From an uncultured Spirochaetota bacterium (GTDB taxonomy: Bacteria > Spirochaetota > Brevinematia > Brevinematales > JAOACQ01): a DNA stretch of 64,000 nucleotides. The notes beneath the pieces are model-generated. The model saw only the letters and a list, made by a program, of their open reading frames with translations. It ran no database searches and was not told where the DNA came from. This document shows, piece after piece, positions 9,260-19,952 of the stretch. Position 1 is the first letter of the stretch, and each line of letters opens with the position of its first letter. Position numbers and translations under genes: made by a program. Where the stretch lies: contig CAWIGG010000002.1 of assembly GCA_963835575.1 (NCBI GenBank), forward strand, positions 1,952,001 to 2,016,000, read 5' to 3'.

Positions 9260-9459
9260 TAATAGAGCTGTATATAATATTTCTACAGCTGACCGGTGAT
9301 TTATATTTAATTTTTAAGACAATCCAAAAACAAGGGTTTTTGGGACTGCCTTAATCTTTTTATACTTGCAATAAAAAACAGTTTTAGATATTATTTATTA
9401 TGACATAAAAATATATCTCAAAATCAAAAAGGAATTCAGTAAGGGGTTGGTGTAAACAG

Positions 9460-11829
9460 TTGAAAAAGAGATTGACTTTCGGGGTTGTTATTGACTGGGT
9501 CTATTCAAGCTATCACCGAAGTATTCTGTCAGGGATTCTTAATTTTGCAGAGGCCAATGATGTTAATATCCTCAGCTTTGTTACAGGCCGATTAAATCCT
9601 CCTGACCAGTGGGAAGCCAACAAAAATGTGCTGTTTGATCTGGTCAGTAAAAAGAATGTCGACGGGCTTATTATTTTAACTGGAACCATTCAAAATATCG
9701 TAGGAGATAAGGAATTCTTAAAATTCATCAAACGTTATGGAACGATTCCCATCGTCAGCATCGCGGACAAGCTTGGAAATAATACCAGTATTTTAATTGA
9801 TAATACCAGAGGGCTCAAAGACCTTTTCGATCATCTCTTTGAAAAGCATAATTATAAAAAGATCGCTTTTGTGACCGGCCCGAAAGAAAACCCCGAATCC
9901 AATTCCCGCCTCAAAACCTATATTCAGTTTTTGAAATCAAAAAATATTCCGGAAAGACCGGAACTCATTGTTGAAGGCAGTTTTACAGGTATTTCAGGCC
10001 GCAACGCCGTTACAATCCTGCTGGATGAAAGGCATACCGAATTTGACGCGATTGTCGCCGCGAATGACGATATGGCGCTCGGCGTCATTGAGGAATTAGC
10101 CTCAAGAGGCATCCAGGTACCTGGAGATATGTTTGTCGCCGGTTTCGATGATATAGAAAACAGCCGGAAAGCATCTCTGACAACCGTCAGGCAGCCTATT
10201 TATGAACAGGGCAAAGCGGCGGCGCAGGCTTTATTCAATATTCTTCATAAAAAAAATCAAAACGCGGTTATTTCTCTGTCGACAGAGCTGATTATCAGGG
10301 AAAGCTGCGGATGCAGGCCCTCAAATATAATGGAAGCCACAATATGCATGGAGAAAAAAAGTAAAAAACCTTTTACCGAATATTTTACAATGCATCAGGA
10401 CGAAATTGTAAAGGACATTACTGATTCATTATCGGGGAATCATTTTTCCAGCAGTAAATTTCAGGTCCGCGAATGGTCGCAGAAGATAGTATCCGCTCTA
10501 TTAAATTCCTATACATCCCGGAATCCCGAAATATTTCTCTCCACATGGAACAAGATGATCTTCTGGGCCATAGCTGACGGATTTAATTTGACTCTCCTCC
10601 ATAAGATGGTATCCCGCCTGCGTAAAAACGCGATCTGCTGTCAGAATACTGGCAACAGCGGCGTATTTCTGGAAGATGTTTTCCATCAGGTCAGGATTAT
10701 GATAGAAGAAGCCAACCATAAAATTTTAGCTCGCCAGGATATCGGTTCGGAAATCCAGCTGGCGAAACTGAACGCCGTCAGTGGAAAACTGGCGGACGCG
10801 AACTCCCTTGATGATCTGCTGAATATCATCTGCAAAGTATTAAAGGACCTGGGAATAAAATCATGTTTTCTCTCTCTTTATGAAAACCCTCAAAAGCCCC
10901 TCGGTTACGCCAGACTCATTCTGGCCTATGATGAAAACAGGAGTGTTGAATTAAATAAGAAAGAGATTTATTTTTCCTCGCAGGATTTAATCCCGAAAGA
11001 ACTCTACCCTTATGCCCGCCGCCACAGCATGGTCATACAGGCGCTCTATCAGAGAAATGAACAGCTCGGATTCATTCTGATGGACCTGCAGGACGCCATT
11101 CAGAATGTCGTTACATATGATGAAATCTGCCTGAAAATAAGCTCCACCCTCCGTCTCATTATTCTGATTGAAAAAATAACCCATCAGTCCCGTCATCTGG
11201 AAGAACAGGTTGTGGAAAGAACGCAGGATCTGACCAGCGCGAATATCCAGTTGAAGAATGAAATAAAAGAAAGAAGGACCGCTGAAAAGAAGTTAAAGCA
11301 GGCATTGGATAAACTGGGAAAATATAATATAATCCTCCAGGACCTTTCGCTCAAGGACGATCTGACAAACCTCTATAATAGAAGAGGGTTTCTTACTCTC
11401 GGCGAACAGCAGCTTAAATATGCGCGGAGGGCCGATAAGAACTTTGCCATTTTTTTCATCGACATGGACAGGCTCAAGCATATCAATGATAATTACGGCC
11501 GTCAGGAAGGCGATTCTGCCATAAAAAAGGTAGCCAAACTCCTGATAAGCTCGTTTCGCGCGGCTGATGTCATTGCGCGCATCGGCGGCGACGAGTTCAC
11601 TGTCCTGGTCTTTGATACTAATAAAAATGATATGGATACGCTTATAAAAAGAATTCATGTCGCCTTCGAAAATTATAACGCGGTTTCAAAAAAATCCTAT
11701 CATCTGTCAATCAGCATCGGGGTCAACTTTGTCGATATGAACAATAAATCCACATTTGAGGAAATGATAAGCTATGCGGATAAAAAACTTTATGAGGAAA
11801 AACAGCGGAAGAAGAAGCTGATAAAATAA
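9460..11829 (+). CDS. Diguanylate cyclase with N-terminal LacI-type sugar-binding domain
   Basis: AANDDMALG, VAGFDD, LTTVRQP, IIRESCGC; DDLTNLYNRRGF, RAAD I-site, GGDEF; TTG start. Confidence 0.92.
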   Translation: MKKRLTFGVVIDWVYSSYHRSILSGILNFAEANDVNILSFVTGRLNPPDQWEANKNVLFDLVSKKNVDGLIILTGTIQNIVGDKEFLKFIKRYGTIPIVSIADKLGNNTSILIDNTRGLKDLFDHLFEKHNYKKIAFVTGPKENPESNSRLKTYIQFLKSKNIPERPELIVEGSFTGISGRNAVTILLDERHTEFDAIVAANDDMALGVIEELASRGIQVPGDMFVAGFDDIENSRKASLTTVRQPIYEQGKAAAQALFNILHKKNQNAVISLSTELIIRESCGCRPSNIMEATICMEKKSKKPFTEYFTMHQDEIVKDITDSLSGNHFSSSKFQVREWSQKIVSALLNSYTSRNPEIFLSTWNKMIFWAIADGFNLTLLHKMVSRLRKNAICCQNTGNSGVFLEDVFHQVRIMIEEANHKILARQDIGSEIQLAKLNAVSGKLADANSLDDLLNIICKVLKDLGIKSCFLSLYENPQKPLGYARLILAYDENRSVELNKKEIYFSSQDLIPKELYPYARRHSMVIQALYQRNEQLGFILMDLQDAIQNVVTYDEICLKISSTLRLIILIEKITHQSRHLEEQVVERTQDLTSANIQLKNEIKERRTAEKKLKQALDKLGKYNIILQDLSLKDDLTNLYNRRGFLTLGEQQLKYARRADKNFAIFFIDMDRLKHINDNYGRQEGDSAIKKVAKLLISSFRAADVIARIGGDEFTVLVFDTNKNDMDTLIKRIHVAFENYNAVSKKSYHLSISIGVNFVDMNNKSTFEEMISYADKKLYEEKQRKKKLIK

Positions 11830-11889
11830 TATTCGGTTTTTCAAACCCGGTGTGAATTAAAATAATACCAACAAAAACCAAAAGGGAAC

Positions 11890-12065
11890 GGGTAATCCGC
11901 TAATACACGCGAATTAACGCGAATGGAAAACGGAAACAGAAAACCATGAAAACAAATAGCAATCGATAAACTTTAATGAAAATAAACTGGAATAGGAAAA
12001 ATTTTCTCGAATAAAATATAAATCCAAACTTCTTATTAGTGTGACTTCGCGTGGCTTAGCGGAAG
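11890..12065 (+). repeat. Triple-unit inverted-arm element, CGCTAA/CGCGAA subfamily
   Basis: GGGTAATCCGCTAATACACGCGAATTAACGCGAA ... TTAGTGTGACTTCGCGTGGCTTAGCGGAAG. Confidence 0.88.
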
Positions 12066-12168
12066 GTTGATTATTCTTTTCTCCTCTCTGAGCGGTGTCA
12101 AGGGAGAGGTATCACTTTGAGTTTTCGTAACATCCCGTGAAATTTAAAATTAAAATGTGAAAGAAACG

Positions 12169-12729
12169 TTAATTTTTTATCAGCAAAACAGACCTCGAGC
12201 CCGGTATTTCCGGAACGCCGTTTTTTTCAAATCCCGCCGATATGGCGCTTTCCGTTGATTTCAAAAGCTCTTCCACTGTCACGCGTTTTTCCGGCTCAGC
12301 AATGAGGAGCTTCCCGCCCTTTTTCATAGAATCAAAAATCTGTGTAAAGAGCCCTTTCTTGTCCGGCACTTCATGCACAACGGCAAAGGCCAGCGCAAAA
12401 TCGATCTTTCCCTTCAGATGCCCGATAGCGAGGGAGTTTTCGGTGCATTTAATCGTTTCAACAATCCGGCCGAGTCTGGCCTTTTTAATTTTCTTAATCA
12501 ATGACGACAGCATTTTTTCCTGCAGTTCCGGAGCATAAACGCGCCCCGTGTTCCCGGTCATTTTAGCGAGCGGCAGGGTAAAGAACCCCATTCCAGGCCC
12601 GATCTCCAGAATATTAATTCCCTTCTCCACATATCCGGAAAGGATTTTTTCCGGGTTCTGCGTCAGCCGTCTCAGAGGACTTGCCAGAAGATATCCCATA
12701 TACCATGGGCAGACATGATGATGGTTCAT
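12169..12729 (-). CDS. Class I SAM-dependent methyltransferase
   Basis: ILEIGPGMGFFT, VHEVPD, GGKLLIAEP. Confidence 0.9.
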   Translation of the reverse strand: MNHHHVCPWYMGYLLASPLRRLTQNPEKILSGYVEKGINILEIGPGMGFFTLPLAKMTGNTGRVYAPELQEKMLSSLIKKIKKARLGRIVETIKCTENSLAIGHLKGKIDFALAFAVVHEVPDKKGLFTQIFDSMKKGGKLLIAEPEKRVTVEELLKSTESAISAGFEKNGVPEIPGSRSVLLIKN

Positions 12730-12874
12730 AAATATATTCTCCTTTTTTTATTTATGACGAACTGAATTAAACTTTATTTCATAAAATAAAACCGGTTTAT
12801 GATTGTTATGGGCAGTTCCAAAAACTAAAAATTTATCAAATATTTCCACAACAGGTTTTAAAACCTCCTTATTG

Positions 12875-13162
12875 TTAATTAATGGAAATCCCCACTGCCG
12901 AAAGTCCGGGCAAAGTCAGGTGAAAGCAGTTTGTCCCGTCAATAACAGCGGTCAGGGGCACAGGTCCGTTTCCCGCCGAGTAATCAGGGACGCTGATCAT
13001 TAAAGCCGAAATATTTGTCAGATCGATATAGCTCTGAAGGGTTATATTCAATACCCGGTTTGCATTGACTTTGTTTACAAAAATAATGCCCAGATGATCA
13101 TTTATTCCGCTTGATGCGTAGACTGCCAGCTGGGATGAACCCGCTGGCGAATTGACATTTAA
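12875..13162 (-). pseudogene. C-terminal fragment (95 aa) of the IS1380-interrupted glycoside hydrolase
   Basis: Manual translation LNVNSPAGSSQLAVYASSG...HLTLPGLSAVGISIN*, in frame with 14739-15895 once the IS and one TTTAA copy are removed. Confidence 0.9.
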
Positions 13163-14738
13163 CCTAAATTCCCAGAGTTCCGCGATTTCCGCTTGAAATC
13201 AGCCTTGCGCGGCACTGCTTGGCATCGGTTTATCATCCCAGTCTCGCGGCTGCTGCAATTACAAGCCTTGGCGATGCCTGAATACTCGTAAATCCACAAA
13301 TTCCGCTGCTCCGGGCGCAACACACCCTTGTGGCGGCCTTCACATCATCCGGTTGGGAACTCGCTATATCTGCAGCTCACATAAGTGGCAGTAAAATTTC
13401 CGCCACCGGTCCTTATCCGCAAAATAACGGCTCAACACCAGTTTTACCTGATGGCCCTGTCTCACGATTTTCCCCGCAACCCGAATAAACCACGCCCGGA
13501 ATGTTTCCGGTTCTTCCCGGTGACTTTTCCGGTCAACCAGATACCGCATCCAGATTCCAACGTTATACGCCAGCACGCTGCAGCTCCACAGAAAATCATT
13601 CACCCAGAAATCTTGCGTCAGAAGCATCCCGGCGAACATCTGCTGCTTCACGGCTTCGATCCAGTTTTCACACGTACCCCGGTCACCGTAAAATTTATGG
13701 CCCTGCCAAGGTTTCAAACGCATATTCGTACAATAGCAAAAATAGTCATAAACCGCTTTCGGGAATACCAGCCCTTCCGTTTCTATCCGGATCAGCTTTC
13801 TGACAGCTATGAACCGCCTCGCATGTTTCCATCCATGCGCCCGGTACTCAAATTCCGCCTGTTCCCAGCCGCTTCGATCCGGAACCGCTGTCCAACCCCT
13901 GTTTTCCAGAAACGCCGCGAGGTTTTTCATTTTGGCTTTGACCAGAAAAAAAGCCCCTTTCATTTCTTCGATGACATCGAAAATCCTTCCGTCGAAAAAT
14001 CCGCTGTCCATCCGGAACACAAGTTTTTTCCAGCCGGTATGGAGTATTCCGTAAATGTGCCGGATAAATTCAGGCGCGTTATTCGCTGTGTAAGCGTCGC
14101 CCGGCCTGAAATAGGAGAGAATACATTCCCTTGTGCTGTTCAGGAATGCCAGAAGCGGATGATAGCTCTTCGCTCCCTTTTTATGCGGATTGTAGCCTGC
14201 CGCCGCTCCTTCCTGGCTTCCGTAAACCGTCTTGACGGTCGAATCGCAGTCCACGATTTTCGTTTTTACCCGGAACTTCGCGTGGACTTTGCGGGAAAGC
14301 TTTCCGTTCAACTCATTCATCGCGTAAGATTCTTTCATACCAACGTTTTCAATCCGCTTGATGATCGTAGAATCACTGATCGGCCCTTTCAAGCCCAGAG
14401 CTGCCCGGAACAATGGATCTTCAGTAAAATTCTCGACCTTCTTGATCCGGTTATACCCTGCCATCAGCGCGCACACGATTCCCGTAATAATTTGCTCGAA
14501 CGAGAATTTCTGGTTACAATATTCCCGCGCTGGAATAAATTTTTTGAGCAACTGATTGAACCCAATCTTTTTCAAAAATACCAGCACGGGATAAATCCCG
14601 CTCACGCTGCTCAAATCCTGCGCCGTAAAACCAACTTTGATATTTTTCACCATTTGGGTGCTCCTTCTGTTGTTTTGTATCGCAATATATTATAACAGAT
14701 TGGGGCCCCATTTGGTACTTTTACTTTGGGAATTTAGG
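13163..14738 (-). mobile_element. IS1380-family insertion sequence (1576 bp)
   Basis: Terminal IR CCTAAATTCCCA / TGGGAATTTAGG; 5-bp target duplication TTTAA at 13158-13162 and 14739-14743. Confidence 0.93.
13364..14653 (-). CDS. IS1380-family DDE transposase
   Basis: VDCDST..VYGSQEGA..GYN, SYHPLL, FRMDSGF, YGDRGTCENWIEAVK. Confidence 0.93.
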   Translation of the reverse strand: MVKNIKVGFTAQDLSSVSGIYPVLVFLKKIGFNQLLKKFIPAREYCNQKFSFEQIITGIVCALMAGYNRIKKVENFTEDPLFRAALGLKGPISDSTIIKRIENVGMKESYAMNELNGKLSRKVHAKFRVKTKIVDCDSTVKTVYGSQEGAAAGYNPHKKGAKSYHPLLAFLNSTRECILSYFRPGDAYTANNAPEFIRHIYGILHTGWKKLVFRMDSGFFDGRIFDVIEEMKGAFFLVKAKMKNLAAFLENRGWTAVPDRSGWEQAEFEYRAHGWKHARRFIAVRKLIRIETEGLVFPKAVYDYFCYCTNMRLKPWQGHKFYGDRGTCENWIEAVKQQMFAGMLLTQDFWVNDFLWSCSVLAYNVGIWMRYLVDRKSHREEPETFRAWFIRVAGKIVRQGHQVKLVLSRYFADKDRWRKFYCHLCELQI

Positions 14739-15895
14739 TTTAATATATTGATGTTATTCGTGTTTGTATTGCTTCCTCCGGTAAAAATCTTATTGACAAA
14801 ATAAGACATCCAGTAGTTTTTTGTCCGGGTTGAAGATGTGTCTTCAATCATTGTATGCGGATCGCCGGCCGTATGCATGGTAATCCAGATATCCGCCAGG
14901 TCTGTATATTTAAAGATTTCACAAATAAACTGCACCAGCCATAAGGCGTTCTCTATCGTAAACTGATCCCTTGTTGTTCCGCTCCAGATGGAAGCGTTAT
15001 ATTCCGTCACGGCGATTTTAACGCTTGCACCTCCATAGCTGTTGAGTTTATTCCTGATATATTGGATCTGGGCGGCCAGGTTCTGCGGATTATTCAGATC
15101 TATCATATTGGTATTGTCATTGGCTATATAGCCCCCGTAATAATGATAATCAAAATAATCCAGCAGGTTCAATTTTCCCTTGGAATTGAGCTGGCTGATA
15201 AAACCATCTATCCAGGCAGTATTATATCCTGAAACGACCGGCCCCATCATTTTAATTGACGGGTCCTGCGATTTCATGGCGGCAGCCAGTTCAATAAAGT
15301 TTGACACGTAATCCGGTATGCTCAGCATCGGGTTCCATGAACCGTCGTTCTCGTTGCCGACCTCATAATATCCGCCGGGCAGGCCGTTTGTAGCCATAAA
15401 TTTTACAAGCTCAATCGCCTCGTTTGTATAATTATGGTTTGTGCCGTTGATTGTATGAGAAAAAGGATTGACGGAATAAAGCGGCGCGCAGCCGATCTCT
15501 TTGATAAAATTAACATACTGGCTGATGCTTGTTCCCCAGCTCCAGTCGTCCCAATTATGAGTCGAGGTGTTTGAGAGTTTATCAGTCTGCCAGCAGTAGG
15601 AATTTGCGATATTCCCGCCGGGGAACCGCATGATTTTCGGACCTGTTTCAGCGAAATAATTCGAGACCTGGCCGGTCAGCAAGCCTCCGCCGACCCAGGC
15701 GCCCATGTTGCCTCCCATAATAATTCCCGGCGTTACAGTTCTCATAACATTGGACACATTGATTGTCATATTATTTGTCGCTTCTGAAGAGTTGCCGTTT
15801 TGTCCATTGCCTGAATTCTGAATATTACAGCCGGTTAATAAAAACAGGAAATATAAAAAGAATACTGATAAGATTTTAATATGTCTCATGTCCAT
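14739..15895 (-). pseudogene. Lipoprotein clan-A glycoside hydrolase (GH51/GH44/GH79-like), N-terminal part, interrupted by IS1380
   Basis: LLTGC lipobox, MRFPGG, EVGNE acid/base, VTEYN nucleophile; ORF-track tail is IS-derived. Confidence 0.85.
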
Positions 15896-15922
15896 ACCAC
15901 CTTTTCATGTCATCTGATTAAA

Positions 15923-15982
15923 GGGCAGTTCCAAAACCTGCGGCGAGTTTATCGAACCAATTTTAAGGCTTTGGAACTGCCC
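15923..15982. repeat. GGGCAGTTCCAAA..TTTGGAACTGCCC palindromic cassette
   Basis: 13-bp perfect IR; same ends at 1569, 1750, 12810, 34709, 34878, 45321. Confidence 0.8.
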
Positions 15983-16057
15983 TAAATATTATGTTATAAT
16001 TTATGGAAAGTCAAACATATTATTCCGGGTAAATGATTTTATAAAGAAATAAATTTC

Positions 16058-18415
16058 CTACCACTTCATCCACAGTCCCAGCAGGGGATAGATGCCGATC
16101 GGGAAAACGACGGCTTCTTTTGTCTTGTAATTATCTTTATAATTATAAGACAGGGCCGGCCGGTAATTATAAACATTATTAACCTGCAGGAACGCTCCCG
16201 CAGGCAGGCCGCAGAAATCCCAGAAGAATTCTATTTTCAGGTTTAAAGAATGCTGGTCCGGCATCTTTTCAGAATTATATTCCCCGAAAACCGGCAGAAT
16301 GTTTGTCACAGCCGGGTTCATCGGATCAACCGCTTCTTTTGTGCCTATTACCGGAGTATAATAACTGCCGCTGGAATATTGAAATTCAGATGTCAGCGAC
16401 CAGTTTTTTGAGATGTCCCAGACTGCTGTGATATCCAGCTTGTAATCCTGCGATCCGTCGTTATACCAGACTTTGACCGGAGGTAGGCCGTACTGGCCGG
16501 CAACTGTAATTGAAGACCCTCCTGCAATGCTGCCCGGGTTCAGGCTGTAAAGGGCATTAGGGTCCGGCGGGTTATCCAGGTATGCCTGGGCGAAATAACT
16601 CCCGAAGCTGATCCAGCCGTATACAGGGATTGAGTCTTTCTTTTTCATCAATAAAACCTCGAATCCGTAAACATGCCTCTGAAAACCTTCCGTCTGATAC
16701 AGTAAAGCGCTGTTTGTGCCTTCCGTGGGATAATGCTCATATTGCTTGTAATAAGCCTCAACAGTGACATCAAAGGAATTCATAAAACCCCATTCCGTTC
16801 CGGCAACATAATGCCAGCAGCCCGGAATGGACAAATCAGAATTGGTATCAAGAAAACTCAATGTCCATGCATCATCCGGGAATTGTGAAAGATAACCCGC
16901 CGCTACATAAATCTTGTCCCTGTCTGAAAAGCGGTACCCTATGGTCAATCTCGGGTCTATGGAATACTTTTTTATAAAATCAGAGTAATTCATCCTGATG
17001 CCGTCCTCTATATAAGCTTTATTATCAAAAAATTCCGTTTCATTCTGCAGGAAGACGGCATACATACCCATCTGCCCGTTATAACTGTTTGAGCTGAATG
17101 TCTTCCATTCCGGCTGAAGGGTCAGCTGGTTGGTAAAACTTCCTCCTAATGAATTGGTAAAATATATTTTAGGATAGTAAATAACCTCGGCGCCTGCCTT
17201 GAACTGAAGCCATTCAAAGGGCTCATAACCAAGCGCCGTCTTATATCGAAGGTTCTGAGATTCGCTCATTTTATAAGCATCGGCGTCCGGCTCCAGGATT
17301 TCCATCAACTGGTATGACCAGCTCCAGCCGAAAGCCTGCTGTAAATACAATGCCCGGTCAAAATTATGCTTCCAATCCATGTTCAATACGGCACCGGTGA
17401 AATTGATCTCACCATAGTTGGTCGGTTTGGAATTCGGGTTAAGCAGTCCGTTATTTGAGTAAAAACCGGGTTCGGAAGAATATTGCCAGTCAAATGAGAC
17501 TATATCTCCTCCTTCCTTATATTGAATCCTGCCGTGGGAATCCAGATAATAAGGTATCTGCTGGGACGGATCGTTTGTATGCATAAAGAGTTTGAAAATC
17601 AGATCATATTGCGTCCTCCTTATCCCGCCGGCCCAGTTCCATTTCTGGTCCGCCGAAGCGCCTGAAAGCGTCAGATAGGTATTGAGTAACCCGATGTTTA
17701 TTTTGCCATGCAGCCCGGGAGTGCCTTCTTCGGTTTTTACATCCAGCATACTTGACATGGCCTGGCCGTATTCAGCCGGGATCACTCCTTTATATAGTGT
17801 AATAGACTGGACAATATCGTCAATGAAAACCGAATCTCCGGTAAAACGGTGGTAAGGATTCGGTATAACAGCCTCATCCAGAAAGGCAAGGTTCTCATTC
17901 CCGCTTCCGCCCCTGACTGAAAGTTTTGTGTTATTCTGAAAATTTCCCATTCCCAGGTCCTGTACGCCCGGCATTTTGGTCAGAGGGCCCACAGCGTCCC
18001 CAGTAATGGAAGCAGAAGCTTTTTCCCGGATCGATTTATCGAGGGTATTCTTGGATGCCGTGTCTTTTTCCTTTTCCCCTATGACATCCACTTCCCCCAG
18101 CGACAGTGAACTTTGAGGCGTCATATAAACATTAAGCGAGATATTTCCTTTGACTGACAATACCTTTTTCTCACCGTAAAAACCCGGAAGGCGGAATTCG
18201 GCCGTATAATCACCGCCATCGATATTACTCAATATATAATTTCCATTCTCTTCCGACTGTGTTCTCGAAATCTCATTTGTCCCGCTTACAAGGATAACCA
18301 TAACAGAAGCCAGCGGTTCCCTTGTATCGCTTCTATAAAGAGCCCCTCTCATTTCAAAAGCCCCGGCCAGTACAGGAATTGTCAATAGCATCAAAATCCT
18401 GAAAAACAACTTCAT
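16058..18415 (-). CDS. TonB-dependent receptor with N-terminal carboxypeptidase-regulatory-like domain
   Basis: Signal peptide, plug motifs LTKMPGV, LSVRGG, YKGVIPAEYGQAMSS, DPRL, C-terminal W. Confidence 0.88.
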   Translation of the reverse strand: MKLFFRILMLLTIPVLAGAFEMRGALYRSDTREPLASVMVILVSGTNEISRTQSEENGNYILSNIDGGDYTAEFRLPGFYGEKKVLSVKGNISLNVYMTPQSSLSLGEVDVIGEKEKDTASKNTLDKSIREKASASITGDAVGPLTKMPGVQDLGMGNFQNNTKLSVRGGSGNENLAFLDEAVIPNPYHRFTGDSVFIDDIVQSITLYKGVIPAEYGQAMSSMLDVKTEEGTPGLHGKINIGLLNTYLTLSGASADQKWNWAGGIRRTQYDLIFKLFMHTNDPSQQIPYYLDSHGRIQYKEGGDIVSFDWQYSSEPGFYSNNGLLNPNSKPTNYGEINFTGAVLNMDWKHNFDRALYLQQAFGWSWSYQLMEILEPDADAYKMSESQNLRYKTALGYEPFEWLQFKAGAEVIYYPKIYFTNSLGGSFTNQLTLQPEWKTFSSNSYNGQMGMYAVFLQNETEFFDNKAYIEDGIRMNYSDFIKKYSIDPRLTIGYRFSDRDKIYVAAGYLSQFPDDAWTLSFLDTNSDLSIPGCWHYVAGTEWGFMNSFDVTVEAYYKQYEHYPTEGTNSALLYQTEGFQRHVYGFEVLLMKKKDSIPVYGWISFGSYFAQAYLDNPPDPNALYSLNPGSIAGGSSITVAGQYGLPPVKVWYNDGSQDYKLDITAVWDISKNWSLTSEFQYSSGSYYTPVIGTKEAVDPMNPAVTNILPVFGEYNSEKMPDQHSLNLKIEFFWDFCGLPAGAFLQVNNVYNYRPALSYNYKDNYKTKEAVVFPIGIYPLLGLWMKW

Positions 18416-18660
18416 TTCCCCCTCAATCCTTTATTTTGATTATATAAGTTAGTTTTTGTCCAATCTAATGCAATTTATATGCCATAAAATATTTCCAGCC
18501 AATTATGAATTAAGCTGAAACCCGGGCTTTGGAACCATTGTAAATTTGATGAAAAGCATAAATGGAAATGAACGGAATAATAAAAAGTGAAATGAACTGG
18601 ATGGTATTGATTCAATTATGATATATTAAAATAGATATGGGACGGTTTTAAAAACTAAAT

Positions 18661-18949
18661 AGGGCTTACTGAAAATTTCTTAATTAATTGTTATGAAATA
18701 AATTGGATCAAATAATTAGATTAAAAAGTGCAAGGATTTCAAATAAAACCACTAAAACTCTTGCAATTTAGTATTATTTTTTCACACAAAGTCCACAGAG
18801 CGATACACTGTTCCTCGATGTTGCTCGGGAACAAAGCGATAGCCGAAGTGTTCACGGAGTTTTAAGCTTGATAAAATCCATATCTTCTTTTAATATTTAA
18901 AGATAGCTCTGTGTGAAATTTTAACTTTTTGAGTTTTTCAGCAAGCCCT
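18661..18949. mobile_element. MITE-like element (289 bp), IS-free homologue of 35728-37620
   Basis: Ends AGGGCTTACTGAAAA / TTTTCAGCAAGCCCT; first ~135 bp and last ~45 bp align with the flanks of the IS1182. Confidence 0.85.
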
Positions 18950-18985
18950 TTTTAATCAAGATTTTTGTAAGTAACCTCAAAGATA

Positions 18986-19399
18986 TTAAGGTTTATTCTG
19001 CATCATCATTTGATATATGAACAAAACTATAAATAAAATCAAACCGAGCAGTTGCAGGCCCTGGGATAGAATATTGGCCCTCATATAATCTTGAGGCAGA
19101 TCGAGCTTTTTCATGATTCTATAGCTGAAAATAATAAGAACAAGGATATAAATGAATAAAAAACCGAAATAGATGAATGTGATATTCAAGCCGATATTCG
19201 GTATAACCCTCGTTAAAACAAAATAAAGCGCGATCATCCCGATTAGAATTCCCAGGTTCCAGAACCTTAATCCGGACATTCTTTCCATAAGGCCGGCTTT
19301 CTGATGATCGTCCAGTTTCTTAAGCGCTTTTTCATTAATGCCGCGGGAAATAAACATAAAAACAAGCAGCCCGATAATGCCTGCGAAAGTCATATTCAT
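18986..19399 (-). CDS. Hypothetical membrane protein, about 4 TM segments
   Basis: Hydrophobic segments; GGAG RBS. Confidence 0.7.
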   Translation of the reverse strand: MNMTFAGIIGLLVFMFISRGINEKALKKLDDHQKAGLMERMSGLRFWNLGILIGMIALYFVLTRVIPNIGLNITFIYFGFLFIYILVLIIFSYRIMKKLDLPQDYMRANILSQGLQLLGLILFIVLFIYQMMMQNKP

Positions 19400-19447
19400 A
19401 GTTAACTCCAGATTTAAATTTATTCCAATACTTTTTTAAGGAATTGG

Positions 19448-19617
19448 AACCACAGATTACACTGATTTCACAGATATATTCTATATTTTTACTAACAAAA
19501 TTAATTCCATTCATGCTTATATTATAATTTCACTGATTTGTGGAGGTTGCTCACCAGCCGAGATTTCCGAACAATAATTCAAAATTACAATCTGTGTCAT
19601 CTGTGAAATCTGCGGTT
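19448..19617. repeat. Triple-unit inverted-arm element, CACAGAT 9-bp period subfamily, copy 1
   Basis: AACCACAGATTACACTGATTTCACAGAT ... ATCTGTGTCATCTGTGAAATCTGCGGTT. Confidence 0.9.
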
Positions 19618-19672
19618 ATTGCCGTTCCTTCCCCATCAAAGATTTGGTTCTCTTAAGTTATTTTTGGAAAGA

Positions 19673-19937
19673 AACCACAGATTTCACCGATTTCACAGAT
19701 ATTTTCTATTAAATCCATACAGACTAATTGCAGAAATAATAAATTTTCAATTTTTTTACAAAAATTACTAATTAGGAACGTTATGCCGCACCATTAATTT
19801 TATATATTCGCGGACCTTTCTTCATTTCTTCTTCCTTTTTTATAATTATATTATGATTTCACTGATTTAATATTAACCCCTCACCATTTTCTATTCATCC
19901 AAAATTACAATCTGTGTCATCTGTGAAATCTGTGGTT
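19673..19937. repeat. Triple-unit inverted-arm element, CACAGAT subfamily, copy 2
   Basis: AACCACAGATTTCACCGATTTCACAGAT ... ATCTGTGTCATCTGTGAAATCTGTGGTT. Confidence 0.9.
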
Positions 19938-19952
19938 CAACCCTTGGAAAAC

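Noticed and set aside
13385..14695. 436-aa + strand ORF
   Set aside because: Antisense shadow of the IS1380 transposase with no recognisable motifs.
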